DNA from: Tubiluchus corallicola
Taxonomy: Eukaryota; Animalia; Priapulida
Direction of reading: 5' to 3'
Length of the DNA stretch: 56,606 bases
Assembly: GCA_030141605.1 (NCBI GenBank)
Contig: JAQGDQ010001188.1
Coordinates: 1 to 56,606, forward strand
Part shown: positions 39,571-53,081 of the stretch, piece after piece
How the letters are laid out: every line of letters begins with the position of its first letter
How positions within the stretch are numbered: position 1 is the first letter of the stretch
The notes under the pieces: model-generated
What the model was told of the DNA's origin: nothing
The model's input: the letters and a program-made list of their open reading frames with translations, nothing else
The model's database searches: none
Position numbers and translations under genes: made by a program

Positions 39571-40673
39571 GGCTGTGTGGGAAAATTCCTCGAGGAAAAA
39601 TTCCTGGCGAGATCCCTTACGAAAATCTAGCAAAAAAGCCCAACGCACTCTTTTTCTATGGTGAACTTATGTGAATTTTTCCATATTTTTTCCTCTTGAG
39701 AAATGTCACCGTGCCGTAACAAGAAGCTATGCGTCCTCCTCGTGAGGAATTTACCACTTGATAGATTTGGGAGATGATTCATTTTCCATTTGTATTAACA
39801 TGTTCCCATTTTCCATTCGTATCAAACAGCAAATTTTCTCATAAGGAGGGTGCTTATGACGTGGAACGTGTTTCGTTTTCACAAAGATTTTGCTGTTTCA
39901 TTATTTTTCCTTGTTTAACGAAAAACAATTAACACCAGCACAATCAGCACAAAATTACAAACTAATTAATCAGCTCGAATTGGAAGCTTTTAGTCCATTT
40001 CTTATCATACAGATCACTTTTCATTTTACGCATTAACCCTTTCAGTCCCAAATTATTTTTTTAATAACAAAAAAATTTTTGGCTTGGTACTTTTGTTTAG
40101 TAGGTCCATCTTGTTTACACATAATAATTTTTTTTCTACCTGTGCCAGCGTGCTAAATATAGCCTGTATCCCACGGGATACATTGGGATTTAATGGGAGC
40201 ATAAAATGTGCTTCATTTTGCAACTGCTGATAATTTTTTAAAGTATTTAAGACATTTAGTATGCACGCTATGCTGATCTGTACAAAGTCGTATCTAAAGT
40301 ACTGTACCTTGCGTAGTTTTTTATGCTATGTAGATTTTCTAGTTTGCCATTTTATCACCATTTTTAGTCTATTGTTATTGGCTTAAATCAAAATAACTAT
40401 TAACACATCAAATAACTGTCAGCTTTAAAATTTTATTAATTTTAAAGGCAGAAAATATTCTCGTATCCCACGGGATACAACGGGTATGAAAGGGTTAATG
40501 ATGCTTATCTTCGTGAAAAACCAAATTACCCAAAAAATAATCATTATATCACTATGACGCACGGAATTATTGTCACAAAACAGGGAACTTTTCAGAAAAT
40601 TTTCATTTTTTCACGACAAACGCAGCAAGAAAGTTCATTTCACGCAAACTGCGCGATCTTTTCCCGCACATCC
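39571..40673 (+). mobile_element. Non-autonomous TIR element (ggctgtgtgggaaaa / ttttcccgcacatcc) with nested MITE
   Basis: Imperfect TIRs; partial inverted copy at 32400-32968; no clear TSD. Confidence 0.6.
40037..40494. mobile_element. piggyBac-like MITE
   Basis: TTAA|ccctttca ... tgaaaggg|TTAA; internal palindrome gtatcccacgggatac present twice. Confidence 0.85.
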
Positions 40674-40894
40674 AGCTTGGGCAGCATTCAATTCGATTCA
40701 ATATTTTTTGTTTTGCTGATTCGCATCACAAAACATTACATTGTACACAATGACAATAACATTACGATAACAAAAAACAGCTTGAAAATTGTACAAACCA
40801 GCCTCGAGGGGGAGCTTTCAAGATTCACCGCTAGAGTGCGCCAACACATGCATTGTGCAGACAGAGAAATACATATAAAATACATGCAAACGTC

Positions 40895-41171
40895 TCCGAG
40901 AAACTATGGAGTTATACAGTTGTTAAAGGAAAGAACAATTGAAAGAAAAAACTGCTTTATTCTAAAGACCAGTCCTTAATACTTGTCAATACTGGAAAAT
41001 GGCGCGCGTACGGCAAGAGAGAGAGACAGAGAGAGAGAGAGACAGAGACAGAGAGAGAGAGAGGCAGTATGTTCGCATAAAGCAAAAAAATGTTACCTCG
41101 GCGTGAGGCCCCCCCTGGAGGGTGAGGCCCTAGGCGGTTGCCTAGGTTGCCTAGGCTTAAGGCCGGCCCTG
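40895..41171 (-). mobile_element. Truncated chimeric MITE: family A end + family B interior
   Basis: Ends taaggccggccctg (A TIR); 40900-41020 matches the family B interior at 35010-35130 and 50470-50590. Confidence 0.8.
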
Positions 41172-41654
41172 ATCATAATATCTGATCGTAAACAATAGAT
41201 ATTCAGGGTGATATAATTAAAAGAGTGACTACTGTAAAAGCTAAATGCCTACTAAATAAACAAACAGGTGGGAGCACCGTGGCAATAATTGAAAACTAAA
41301 TTAAAACCAAAAAAGGGCCTATGCACCCACTACCGTGATTGTATACAAATGGTTCGAATGCATTTATTTTGCATAGTTTGTAGAGGTTTGTAGTCTGAGG
41401 TTACAATGCATACAAGTTATAATTGTAGTCAATAGTAGACACATTCTTGTAATGGTAGACATACGTTCTTGTCTTTCACTGAAAATCAGTATCCAATAAT
41501 CAGTGACAGGGCCTTGTTCTTTTGTAAATGGACATCATAATTACCTAAATCTCATTAAGAAAAGTAAATCATTAGAACCATTAGCACTGAATCGGTAAAG
41601 AGCTGTTAGGAAGCAATGAAAGCAAAACTGAGTAAAGCCCCTTTCACTTTTCAG

Positions 41655-41783
41655 CTTGTGTGAACAGAAATGAAAACTGTGACTATTGGTACAGCATAGG
41701 CGAATGCACAAAGAATCCTGCCTACATGTTGGAAAATTGCCAAAAAGCTTGCAGGGTGTGTGGTGATGACATAGACAAAAATG
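41655..41783 (+). CDS. Astacin-ShKT exon 7: ShKT domain 1
   Basis: CVNRNENCDYWYSIGECTKNPAYMLENCQKACRVC, six-Cys ShK pattern; phase 1-1. Confidence 0.92.
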
Positions 41784-42886
41784 GTAAGTTGTGTTGCCAT
41801 TGGATGGTGCCAGTGGTGTTTCCATGCTTTGGAAATATTATCATGACTTAATCGTTGTCATAACATCATCGTACTAACATGTGTCATTCATGTATTCCTT
41901 ATGAACATGCTGAATTACTACCTTTTGCACCTTGTCCTCATTCTAGAAAGAAAGTGTACGCGTGTGTGTGTGTGTGTGTGTGTGCGTGCGTGTGTGCGTG
42001 CGCGCGTGCGTGTGGGTGTTGGTGTGTGTACGTGTGAGTGTGTGAGAGAGAGAGAGAGATCATTTAATGAACTTCCGTTTTGTTTCTTAAATTTCAAATT
42101 ACCATTAATCTGGGCAGCACCAACACAAGATTTTCTTCCCGGTGCTGTCCAGAGGTATATCAGTAGTCTCAGTAAAAATTATATTTTGTTTTCTGTGTGA
42201 ATTTTGTGTTAACTAATTTAATGCTTTCTGTATAAATTATCATTATATACTCATGGTAATAAAGCTAGCAATAAATTCCAATTCTAAAATTGGGTTGTTG
42301 CGTGTAAGAGGGCAGTCATGGCACCTCTCATCAGGTAAATGTAAGTCTGCATACGTTTTGTCATTCTCTATTATTTCGTCATCTCTCTCACCACATTTTC
42401 ATAGTCATTACCTTTCCTGCCTTCCTCCCCTAATGCACCCCCTGCACTGCGTTATTGCACCCCCTAATGCACCCCCTGCACTGCGTTATTGCACTCCCTA
42501 ATGCACCCCCTGCACTGCGTTATTGCACTCCCTAATGCACCCCCTGCACTCCGTCTTTCCGCATTACCTGTACGGCTCAGATCTTACAAGTTCACCTTCT
42601 GTCCTGAGCCAATAATTATTTGCTCATCACATTCATCCGTTAAGCTGTATCTTATTTAAAATTATTCCCATGCTATTTGTATATTGTATGTTGTGTAAGG
42701 TATAAGATTAGTATATTAACAGATGTTGTATAAGATTAGATATAAGTTAAGATATAACGTACAAGTTGTAATTGTGTACAAGGTGTACCGCCTCTTTTTG
42801 TTGGCTCAGGAATAAATTAACAATAAAATAAACAGTATACGAAGTTAAGCTTAGTCATCTACAATTTGACTTTGTCGTCTACAATT

Positions 42887-43127
42887 TGATTCAAAATTTA
42901 CAGGACAATAGTGATTCAAAATTTACAGGACAATACTGATTCAAAATTTACAGGACAATACTGATTCAAAATTTACAGGACAATAGTGATTCAAAATTTA
43001 CAGGACAATAGTGATTCAAAATTTACAGGACAATACTGATTCAAAATTTACAGGACAATAGTGATTCAAAATTTACAGGACAATAGTGATTCAAAATTTA
43101 CAGGACAATAGTGATTCAAAATTTACG
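42887..43127. repeat. 25-bp minisatellite x~9
   Basis: Unit tgattcaaaatttacaggacaatag. Confidence 0.93.
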
Positions 43128-43271
43128 GACTAGAAACTTTATCTTGGTTAAAACTCTTTTTGAACTTGACATCATAACAGAGACTGAAGCTTACAGATAT
43201 CATGCAGATCTTTGCAGTTCTCACAGAATAGGGGAAATTTGGTTTCTCTAGCTCATATTTTCTTATTTCAG

Positions 43272-43385
43272 TGTGTAAAGATGATAACGAGCATTGCCAG
43301 TATTGGGCGGACACGGACGAATGTGTGAAAAATCCTGATTACATGTTATCCTATTGTAGAAAAGCTTGCAAGATATGTACTAGTA
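43272..43385 (+). CDS. Astacin-ShKT exon 8: ShKT domain 2
   Basis: CKDDNEHCQYWADTDECVKNPDYMLSYCRKACKIC; tttcag acceptor, gtgagt donor. Confidence 0.92.
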
Positions 43386-43651
43386 GTGAGTATACAGCGC
43401 AACGCTTAGACTTTATACGACTTAATTCAATTGAGTTTACAATTCCACACACAATTTAAATACTCCAATCCTAATCCTAACATAAATCATAACCATAACC
43501 CTAAACCAAACGTTAACTCTAACCTTAACCCTAATCCTAGCCCAACCCTAACACGAACACAAACCCTAATCCGTTTCACAAATTAATTAGTTGTGTTTGC
43601 CCCTCTGTAAACTTTAGCCTTGTATCTTTATCAATTTAATAATGGTAAAAA

Positions 43652-44754
43652 ATTGCAATCTGTACAACAGCATTGGAGTGCAAACTACGATAAGTCTTAG
43701 TATTGCAATCTACACATCAGTATTGGAGTGCAAACTATGAAAAGTCTTAGTATTGCAATCTATACATCAACATTGGAGAGCAAACTATGAAAAGTCTTAG
43801 TATTGCAATCTATACATCAACATTGGAGAGCAAACTATGAAAAGTCTTAGTGTTGCAATCTATACATCAACATTGGAGAGCAAACTATGAAAAGTCTTAG
43901 TGTTGCAATCTATACATCAACATTGGAGGGCAAACTATGAAAAGTCTTAGTGTTGCAATCTATACATCAACATTGGAGGGCAAACTATGAAAAGTCTTAG
44001 CGTTGCAATCTATACATCAACATTGGAGAGCAAACTATGAAAAGTCTTAGTATTGCAATCTATACATCAACATTGGAGAGCAAACTATGAACAGTCTTAG
44101 TATTGCAATCTATACATCAACATTGGAGAGCAAACTATGAAAAGTCTTAGTGTTGCAATCTATACATCAACATTGGAGGGCAAACTATGAAAAGTCTTAG
44201 CGTTGCAATCTATACATCAACATTGGAGAGCAAACTATGAACAGTCTTAGTATTGCAATCTATACATCAACATTGGAGAGCAAACTATGAAAAGTCTTAG
44301 TGTTGCAATCTATACATCAACATTGGAGAGCAAACTATGAAAAGTCTTAGTATTGCAATCTATACATCAACATTGGAGAGCAAACTATGAAAAGTCTTAG
44401 TGTTGCAATCTACACATCAGCATTGGAGAGAAAACTATGAAAAGTCTTAGTATTGCAATCTATACATCAACATTGGAGAGCAAACTATGAAAAGTCTTAG
44501 TGTTGCAATCTATACATCAACATTGGAGAGCAAACTATGAAAAGTCTTAGTATTGCAATCTATACATCAACATTGGAGAGCAAACTATGAAAAGTCTTAG
44601 TGTTGCAATCTATACATCAACATTGGAGAGCAAACTACGAAAAGTCTTAGTGTTGCAATCTACACATCAGCATTGGAGAGAAAACTATGAAAAGTCTTAG
44701 TATTGCAATCTACACATCAGCATTGGAGAGAAAACTATGAAAAGTCTTAATATT
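43652..44754. repeat. 50-bp minisatellite x~22
   Basis: Unit tattgcaatctatacatcaacattggagagcaaactatgaaaagtcttag. Confidence 0.96.
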
Positions 44755-45170
44755 GTTTGCTAAACTGCCAGTGTGGCCAGGTTGGTTCAGCCATAGATAA
44801 GTTTTGTGAACTGATAAAAAACTAAGAAAGTTGACATCACATTTTGTGAACGAAACCAAAAAACTGCGTGACGTACAAGACAAAATAGACTAAAACACGA
44901 TTGTGGGCATTTAAAAATCGGAAAACATAATTACCAATTGGACATGACTGTAGTATTAAAACATTAGGATGTTCAGTAATTACTTTATGAAATCAGATCT
45001 ATTAAAGCAAGCAAAATGATAAACTTCCATTCAAAGAATGCTAAAACGTCCCACAAAGCATACTCTATCACTGCGCCGAAAACAATGGCACAAATCTTTT
45101 TTAATTGAAGAAAGTCACTAAATCAGTCACATTCAACTCAGTTTATTCACACTGACTACCTACAGAGCAC

Positions 45171-45536
45171 TAAGGGTGAGCATTTTCTACTGGAAAGCGA
45201 ATTCGAATCGAACCGAACTTCAGTGTTTCGAATTCGAACCGAATTCGAATTGATTTTCGAACAAGTTTTCGAACCACCAGCAAAAATTAGTCTTACAAAG
45301 ATCATGCATATCACTAGATTTTGTTCTGCAATAAAACGACTAGTAATTTCCTTAAAATTGTGCACAGAAATCACACCTAAATTTTGCTAATTGCATGATG
45401 TTTCAATCGTTTTAGTGATAAAGAACATGTGTGATTGAAGTGCTGAATTATTCGAATCTATAGTTTTGGATTCGAATCGAGTTCGAACTAAAAAAACTCG
45501 TTCGAATCGAATTCGAGCGTTCGATGCTCACCCCTA
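45171..45536. mobile_element. hAT-like MITE, 8-bp TSD cagagcac
   Basis: TIR taagggtgagcat / atgctcaccccta; ttcgaa-rich subterminal repeats; exact TSD. Confidence 0.88.
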
Positions 45537-45635
45537 CAGAGCACACGAAGCAACACTTTGGCTAACACAGCTGTAGGCAGGATGAAAGAAGAACTAACTG
45601 CACTTATACGAACGATTGTTTTTTTTTGTTTACAG

Positions 45636-45761
45636 ACGAGGTGGCAGGCGCATGCGTGGATAACAATGAGAATTGCATGTACTGGGCTGGAATTGGCGAA
45701 TGTGAGAAAAATCCAGACTACATGCTGTACAATTGTAAAAAATCATGCAAGGAATGCTCGG
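45636..45761 (+). CDS. Astacin-ShKT exon 9: ShKT domain 3
   Basis: CVDNNENCMYWAGIGECEKNPDYMLYNCKKSCKEC; ttacag acceptor, gtaagc donor. Confidence 0.92.
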
Positions 45762-46145
45762 GTAAGCCTGCTACCAGACTACATAGTTTATATGGCTCCT
45801 CTTAAAGGAAGGCAGGGTAATTTTTCATATGCTACCCCATTTTCAAGTACGGTAAAGATGTACATTTTAACACCAACAATACTGCAAAAACGTTTCTGAT
45901 AATTAAGTAACAGATTAGATTGTAATTAACGGCTGGCGAGCCTAACTAGTTGATGACATCACAAACGAACATGATTTTCTGCAAAAGCAAAAATTGAAGT
46001 ACAGTGTAAGATGTTCAATGTGTCGTACTAAAACTCGGCAAATTTTAAGATAAAAATTCAAATTTACTGCTGTGCTCACCCTTGCGCTGTCGAACGTGTG
46101 CAGTTCGTCACAAACTAACACACCTGAACTGATATTTGTTTTTAG

Positions 46146-46270
46146 GCGATACAGAGAGCGTGTGCATGGACGATAATAGATACTGTTCATACTGGTCAGG
46201 GATAGGTGAATGTGAAAGGAATCCTAGTTACATGCTGAACTATTGCAAGATGTCATGCGGAACGTGTTGA
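46146..46270 (+). CDS. Astacin-ShKT exon 10: ShKT domain 4 and stop
   Basis: GDTESVCMDDNRYCSYWSGIGECERNPSYMLNYCKMSCGTC*; total CDS 1251 nt (~416 aa). Confidence 0.9.
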
Positions 46271-46709
46271 CGGAATGATATCGTCTCACAGTGATTTTGG
46301 GAACGATGCTCTAAATTGTTTTGTTTCCTCTAATAAGCACATGGAAATTTCCTCATTTCACATTGCAATCTCTAATCTGGACCGAAATCTTTTCAGTCCA
46401 TAAGATTCGTATTGAGTCCCCACATTAAAATATCGCATGAACAATCGGGGGGCGAGGGGGGCGTATACAGGTTTTAGAACAAGGGTGGGCACAACAGAAA
46501 AGCAGTTAGGGGGTCTGGGGGAGCGGTGTGAGCAGTCCCCCACCCGGACAATAATACATTTTATTGCATTTTAAACCACTTTTTTGCCTTCTAGAAGCCA
46601 TTTCCTCAAGGAAGCCACTTCCTCTAGAAGCCATTTCCTCTAGGAAGCTCACTAGTTCAGAACAGGTGTCACCTCACCTTTGACTCAAAATTACATACCA
46701 GTATCTTGA

Positions 46710-46917
46710 TATACACTATACAACATACATGATGCACATAACTTTCATCTGTTCTCTTGTGATATATGATTTTTACAGATATAACACGCCTTTAGGATTT
46801 AGCAAATTCTTCTAATGCTTATAATTCGGAGGAAATATTTTATTTGGTGTGTTGTAACAGTTACTGTGAAAGCGAGGGCCCGGGCCCCTTGGCCCAACCC
46901 CCTAAATCCTCCACTGC
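46710..46917 (+). repeat. Direct repeat flanking the LRR gene (copy 1), probable transposon end
   Basis: Similar to 51452-51654; both end in ...ccactg. Confidence 0.75.
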
Positions 46918-47392
46918 GCATCCATAACTTTAACCAACATTGCTTACATAGTTCCCTGCTGTAGTGGCACGCGTATTTGAGCATAAAAAGATACAGGTTT
47001 AGAAATTGTGTACGTATAAAACTGTAGTGTTCAGGGACAGTTTTGTAGAGGAAACTGTCGTCTTTTGAGAATTGCTTATGTTTATTCTTACCACGATTTA
47101 TGATTTATAAGTTGCGTTTATAAACATTTTCTAACATTAGTACCCTTTTCGTCTAACTGAATCTTCTTGCTGTGACAGATAAAATATTAGGAACATGAAA
47201 TTTACAATGGAACATGGAAGTCTAAATAAACAGTTATGTTTTAATAAAATGACAAAAACACACCAGTCGTTTTTAGTCCATGCAGCCAGTAATTTAAAGT
47301 GTTAGTAAACCAACGGAAAAATTGTTGACAAATAATTTTGCAGTTTCAAAGGAATCATAACACTGCAGTTATAAATTGGGCATCTGATAACA

Positions 47393-49729
47393 TTAACAGC
47401 TGTAATGAGAGTTTACTAGAAATACAAAAACAAATTTTGACAAGTAATGGCAAAAGGCTGTAGACATCAGAAGCAGGTACGACGATACCATATGAGTAAA
47501 ACTTCCAGACTTAACAATCATTGTGTGTGAAACTTCCTTCGTCGAACATTTGAAATCAGCCAGCTTTGTATGATTTATTTTTGGCTCCCAACAGTCAACA
47601 ACGTAGTGTTGCCATTTAACCTTCACCATCCACAAGGCATCACAGTCACAAACCAGCCTACTTCCAGTCAGGGTGAAATTCACGTTGTTGGTATTAACGT
47701 CTGGATGCAGAACTGGCATTGACATGTGTTTGATTGTCGATCCCTGAGCAAAGATGATGGAATTGATCAAGGGACTATGTCGAAGATCCAAGTTAGCTGT
47801 CTCCAATGCTTCACAGGCAATAAAGCTCACTGCTTTCAAACGCTTTATCCGATAGAAAGCATTGTAATGCACTTCCTTTAATTCTTTGCTATAGTTTACA
47901 GTGAAGTATTCAAGGCTGGGTGGGAGATCATTCTCAAACAGACGGACAAATGCAGATTTTTCAAATATTAGTGCTGTAACATTTTTTTGATCAAGAAACT
48001 TGCTGGGCAACCTTTCGTCTTGGTAAAAATAGATTTTTAGTTCTGACGGACCGTTTGTCATGTTATTTGCAATCTCTATCAATCTGCTGGAATTTATTTT
48101 GCTATCAGAGATTTTTGAAATGCGTGCACCACCACAAACCAGTTTGCAGGGCAGTTGTGACAAGACTAAACAAGTTGTTCTCTCAAAACTGCATTTTCCG
48201 GGTGGACAAATGTCTATAGCATTCAATTCATCCGTACTAACTGACCCATTTTCTTTTAGTATTGCATTAGGGAGGTGTTTGCATTGAACTTCAGATCTTT
48301 TCCAGACTTCACTTAACACCCACGCGATCCGGCAATTACAAATTATAGGATTCCTCAAAATGTGAATGTTCATATTAACAGAAACTTTTGTGTCAAATGT
48401 TGGCCTGTCTAGTGTTGTGATACTAGTGCCCTCTATAAGCAAGTGATTGAGCAGTTCACCACCCCGCAGTTGTAATTTCAATTGCTGAACCATTGGGCAG
48501 TCTTTGATTTCAAGTTCGAGCAAGTTTAACCCAGCAAATGCATATTCATCAATAACCTCCAACTTTGGAAAATTGTTAATTTTAATTCTATCCACGCTTC
48601 TTGCCTTTAGAAAGTACTTTTTAAGTTTGGAAACGTTATCAAATTGTTTCATTGTAAAATTAACAATTGCAAAGCCATATAAAAAGTCTTCTGGTAGTTC
48701 CTCGTTTTTGCAGTTGCTCACAATAAAACTATCTATCTTGCGAACCAAATACCGTTGAAGCTTTTCAAACAGCTGCTGCATCACCGTGCCATTAATTTTC
48801 ATGTCACTACAAACAACTTTCTTATGACGATCGTAACTAGTACAACCTGGATGAAACGCCTCCCTCCCAGGAACGTTTGCACCACGGACCCAAGGAACAC
48901 AGAAGTCTTCAGCGGTGTACTCAATTGTTCCGATCTTTTTTCTTGCCTTTCCTTCTGCATAAGGCATTTGATCACAGTATATTTCTTTTTTTTTCCAAGG
49001 TTCCAACACCATCCATTCCGTCCTACATTTACAAATTAGAGGATTTGCATCGAAGTAAAGGCTGATATTTTTTATGATGTCTTCAGAGTAAAGAATTGGC
49101 ATTTTCATTGTTGTAAGACTAGTGTTTGCTACGTGTATGCGCTGAAGCCATTTCTGATTGCGAAGAAAGAATGGTGGAGTATGTTTAGTCGGGAAATACA
49201 TTGGACAATCTTCAATGAAAAGTTCACGCAAAGACAGTAAATTGTCAAATGCAAATTCGTATATGTACTGCAGCTGTGCGAAACCCGCAATTCTAAGTAT
49301 TTCGACTGACGTTGCATTCAGAAAGTGTTTTCCAATTCTGGTGATGTTATTAAAATTATGCAGTTGAACTTTCACAAGTTCCAAGCCTGCTAAAAAGCTC
49401 TTTGCAGGTAGATCGGCATTTTCCACGTTCGACATGATAAAATTATGTACTTTAGGAGGTCCAAACCCTAAAAGATTTTTCTTAAACTTGAGCCAAGTGG
49501 CACAGTCAAGTTTTTTCACATCGCAGACAACTCGAACATTTTTGTCAATCCATTTCTTACATTTGTCGTCAAGTAGCGTTGCCCAAAATGTGGCTTTAGT
49601 CTTGTTTTTTTTACTTTCACTTTCGTGTATGGATTCAGGAATGAGTGCATTTTCACTACCAATGCTAAGCTTACCAAACACAGCAAGAAGTAAAAATGTA
49701 ATTATGATTTGCTGGTTGTCCATTGGCAT
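47393..49729 (-). CDS. Secreted/probably GPI-anchored protein with three tandem LRR-LRRCT modules (778 aa, intronless CDS)
   Basis: Signal peptide; three modules each ending in an LRRCT (NPLICKC..WM, NPIICNC..WV, SRLVCDC..WM); hydrophobic C-terminus with almost no tail; possible 5'UTR acceptor tttgcag at 49765-49759. Confidence 0.9.
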   Translation of the reverse strand: MPMDNQQIIITFLLLAVFGKLSIGSENALIPESIHESESKKNKTKATFWATLLDDKCKKWIDKNVRVVCDVKKLDCATWLKFKKNLLGFGPPKVHNFIMSNVENADLPAKSFLAGLELVKVQLHNFNNITRIGKHFLNATSVEILRIAGFAQLQYIYEFAFDNLLSLRELFIEDCPMYFPTKHTPPFFLRNQKWLQRIHVANTSLTTMKMPILYSEDIIKNISLYFDANPLICKCRTEWMVLEPWKKKEIYCDQMPYAEGKARKKIGTIEYTAEDFCVPWVRGANVPGREAFHPGCTSYDRHKKVVCSDMKINGTVMQQLFEKLQRYLVRKIDSFIVSNCKNEELPEDFLYGFAIVNFTMKQFDNVSKLKKYFLKARSVDRIKINNFPKLEVIDEYAFAGLNLLELEIKDCPMVQQLKLQLRGGELLNHLLIEGTSITTLDRPTFDTKVSVNMNIHILRNPIICNCRIAWVLSEVWKRSEVQCKHLPNAILKENGSVSTDELNAIDICPPGKCSFERTTCLVLSQLPCKLVCGGARISKISDSKINSSRLIEIANNMTNGPSELKIYFYQDERLPSKFLDQKNVTALIFEKSAFVRLFENDLPPSLEYFTVNYSKELKEVHYNAFYRIKRLKAVSFIACEALETANLDLRHSPLINSIIFAQGSTIKHMSMPVLHPDVNTNNVNFTLTGSRLVCDCDALWMVKVKWQHYVVDCWEPKINHTKLADFKCSTKEVSHTMIVKSGSFTHMVSSYLLLMSTAFCHYLSKFVFVFLVNSHYSC

Positions 49730-50321
49730 TAACAGAACTTTCGAACCTTTTAAAACCTCTGCAAACTAACAGTTAGTTTATGCTTAGTGACTGGCAACTG
49801 TTGCTATTGTAATCACGTCAAAATGAATGATGTCATAAACAACAGAGTTTAGGTACGTATTCTACCAGGATGCGAGTCTAATTATGCACGAACAGTTTGT
49901 GAGAATGAAGGAGAGATATGATATTATTTGATTGAAATCTGGATGCCACATTAATAACAACATCAATAACAGAGTTATAATTACATCAATAATGGAGTTA
50001 TAATCGGGTTTGCAAACGCGTTAACAAGAATTACTTGAATAGTGAGTAAAGAAAATATTAACGATTAACTCATTTTCATAAATTGTTTAAGTTTTTAATC
50101 ATTTATAACTTGTAAAGTTTAGTTTAATTGTGACATATGCAAACAATCTTACAAATTTACTTGGTATATTTTGTGCAGAGCAAATGTTGGTGATGGTGTT
50201 ACCAGTCGTTAGCATTTAGCCTAAATAATTCATTTTTCTACGTAATCGATTTTGTTGCTTGTTATTCATATTATACGAGTAATCTTAATCAGAATCATTT
50301 GTAACAGGCATCATCTCTGCC

Positions 50322-50961
<640 letters not shown>

Positions 50962-51138
50962 TTTCTGCCACAGCCCTTGTGTTTCTCATTTTGTTAACGA
51001 TTGCAGATGATGGTAAACATTTCTGTGTTGGCAAAGAACCAAACAATTTATTTTCAATACAAATCTGAAACACATAGGATGATGCTAAGATGACAATATA
51101 TTCAAAAATTACCTATTGTATTGCTTAATGATGTATAT

Positions 51139-51456
51139 TGTTACGGAGGCACCTGTGTCAGGTCAGGTGCAGGACCCTCTACACGCCCTGCTTCCACGTC
51201 AGCAGCGACTCACCCCTTTCTTGTAGGCCCAGACGTCTTGTTTGGGCCTACACGTGGTGTGAGAAGCCAGCTGACCTGGAATGCCAGTATAAAAGCGTGT
51301 AGAGGTCATTACAGCCTTGATTTCTGACACAGGTGCTCCTCGGGTGTAGTGCTGTTACTGAGTTAGTTAGTGATTTTTTTTGCACGTGTATTTTGTTCCC
51401 TACACGCCCTGCTTCCACGGCTATGTACCAATATACCAAAAATACCATGTTGTACA
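51139..51456 (+). mobile_element. Possible solo LTR
   Basis: GC-richer block starting tgttac and ending gtaca, TATAAAA at ~51288, internal 20-bp direct repeat ctacacgccctgcttccacg; no clean TSD. Confidence 0.35.
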
Positions 51457-51654
51457 CTATACAGCATACATGATGTACATAACTTTCATCTGTTTTCTTG
51501 TAATATTTGCTTCTTACAGATATAACGCACCTTTAGGATCTAGCGAATCGTTGTAATGCTTATAAATAATTCAGAGAAAATATTAACTTGGCGTGTTGTA
51601 ACTGTGAAAGGGAGGGCCCAGTCCCCTTAGATATGCCCCCTACATCCACCACTG
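51452..51654 (+). repeat. Direct repeat flanking the LRR gene (copy 2)
   Basis: Similar to 46710-46917. Confidence 0.75.
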
Positions 51655-52139
51655 AATTTAAATAAATGCTTTATTCTATGTTTTCACAAATCACCATAAA
51701 TCAGTTTATGATAGTAGTGCTTATTAATGGTAATTAACTTGAGCTAATCAGTACTCATTAGTTTGTATGTGTCCTATAGTAATAACACTTAGTTGTTCCT
51801 CTTTTCATTAATATTTGTGCTTGTACTAATTGTAATTACGTAAATACACAAGGCATGTTCACATTGTTATTATTACGCAAATAAAGTCTTCTTAAAAATA
51901 CGGATTACAAGTCATTACAAGCTTTTTCTGCAAGAAAAACGTCCTCGAATTTGGTGTGGAGCATTTGGACTAGTGAAGAAATCAAGTGTTGCAGAAGTTG
52001 TGCAGAACTTGACTATTTAATGTTGACGATTTAATGACAGACAAACTACCTAGCGGAAGAGGGACAAGAAAGATAAGCATGAGGCGTGGGGGAAATATTT
52101 GGAAATTGGCATACATTCGTGCAGTTAGAAGCAGCATAA

Positions 52140-52516
52140 ACTAGCAGTTGACTGCAAAACCAAGCACTTATTTACATAGCCTAGCAGTTAATTACATAAA
52201 CTAGCAGTTAACTACATAACCTAGCAGTTAACTGCATAACCTAACAGTTAACTACAAAACCAAACACTTATTTACATAACCTAGCAGTTAATTACATAAC
52301 CTAGCAGTTAATTACATAACCTAGCAGTTAACTGCATAACTTAGCAGTTAACTGTATAGCCTAGCAGTTAATTACATAACCTAGCAGTTAACTGCCTAAC
52401 CTAGCAGTTAATTACATAACCTAGCAGTTAACTGCATAACCTAGCAGTTAACTGCATAACCTAGCAGTTAACTGCATAACCTAGCAGTTAATTACATAAC
52501 CTAGCAGTTAACTGCA
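52140..52516. repeat. 20-bp minisatellite with palindromic core gcagttaactgc
   Basis: Unit ctagcagttaactgcataac. Confidence 0.92.
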
Positions 52517-53081
52517 AACCCTCTGTACGTGGTTGAGGAGTCACAAACACAAAAATCCTTATGGTCGATGATTCTCTAGACATTAATCCTGTAGAAGTTC
52601 AGGTTTGGATTTGCGTAGAGAGAAACAGTCAGCGACCTAGAAGACGAGACAAGCCACAAGCATTTTTTCAGTGTGGTCACCCATCCATTCGTTTTTAGTG
52701 CCTGGATTACGTAACTTTGCTAAAAATAGTACCCATTACCGCTCAGCTTTTTTCTTTGCCCTCATTTGGAAAAGCGTTGTGTGTGTAAAGTCGATGAAGC
52801 GTCGACAAAGACCTCATGTTATATGTACATATAAAATAAATAAGTTAAATAAATAAATAATTTTTTAAATAAAATAAATTTAAATAAATTTTATATTTCT
52901 CTCTTTGTGTAATCAAACCATTCGTGTACTTTTTTCGATGAATTCACATTTTCCCTTTTTTATGTCATACATTTGTGCTTTTAAACATTCTTCCAACTTT
53001 GTCTTTATTATGTAATTTGGCAAATTAATTCATAGGAAAGTTGATTCACTTTGCATGAAAGATTATTTAGCTTTCATAATA

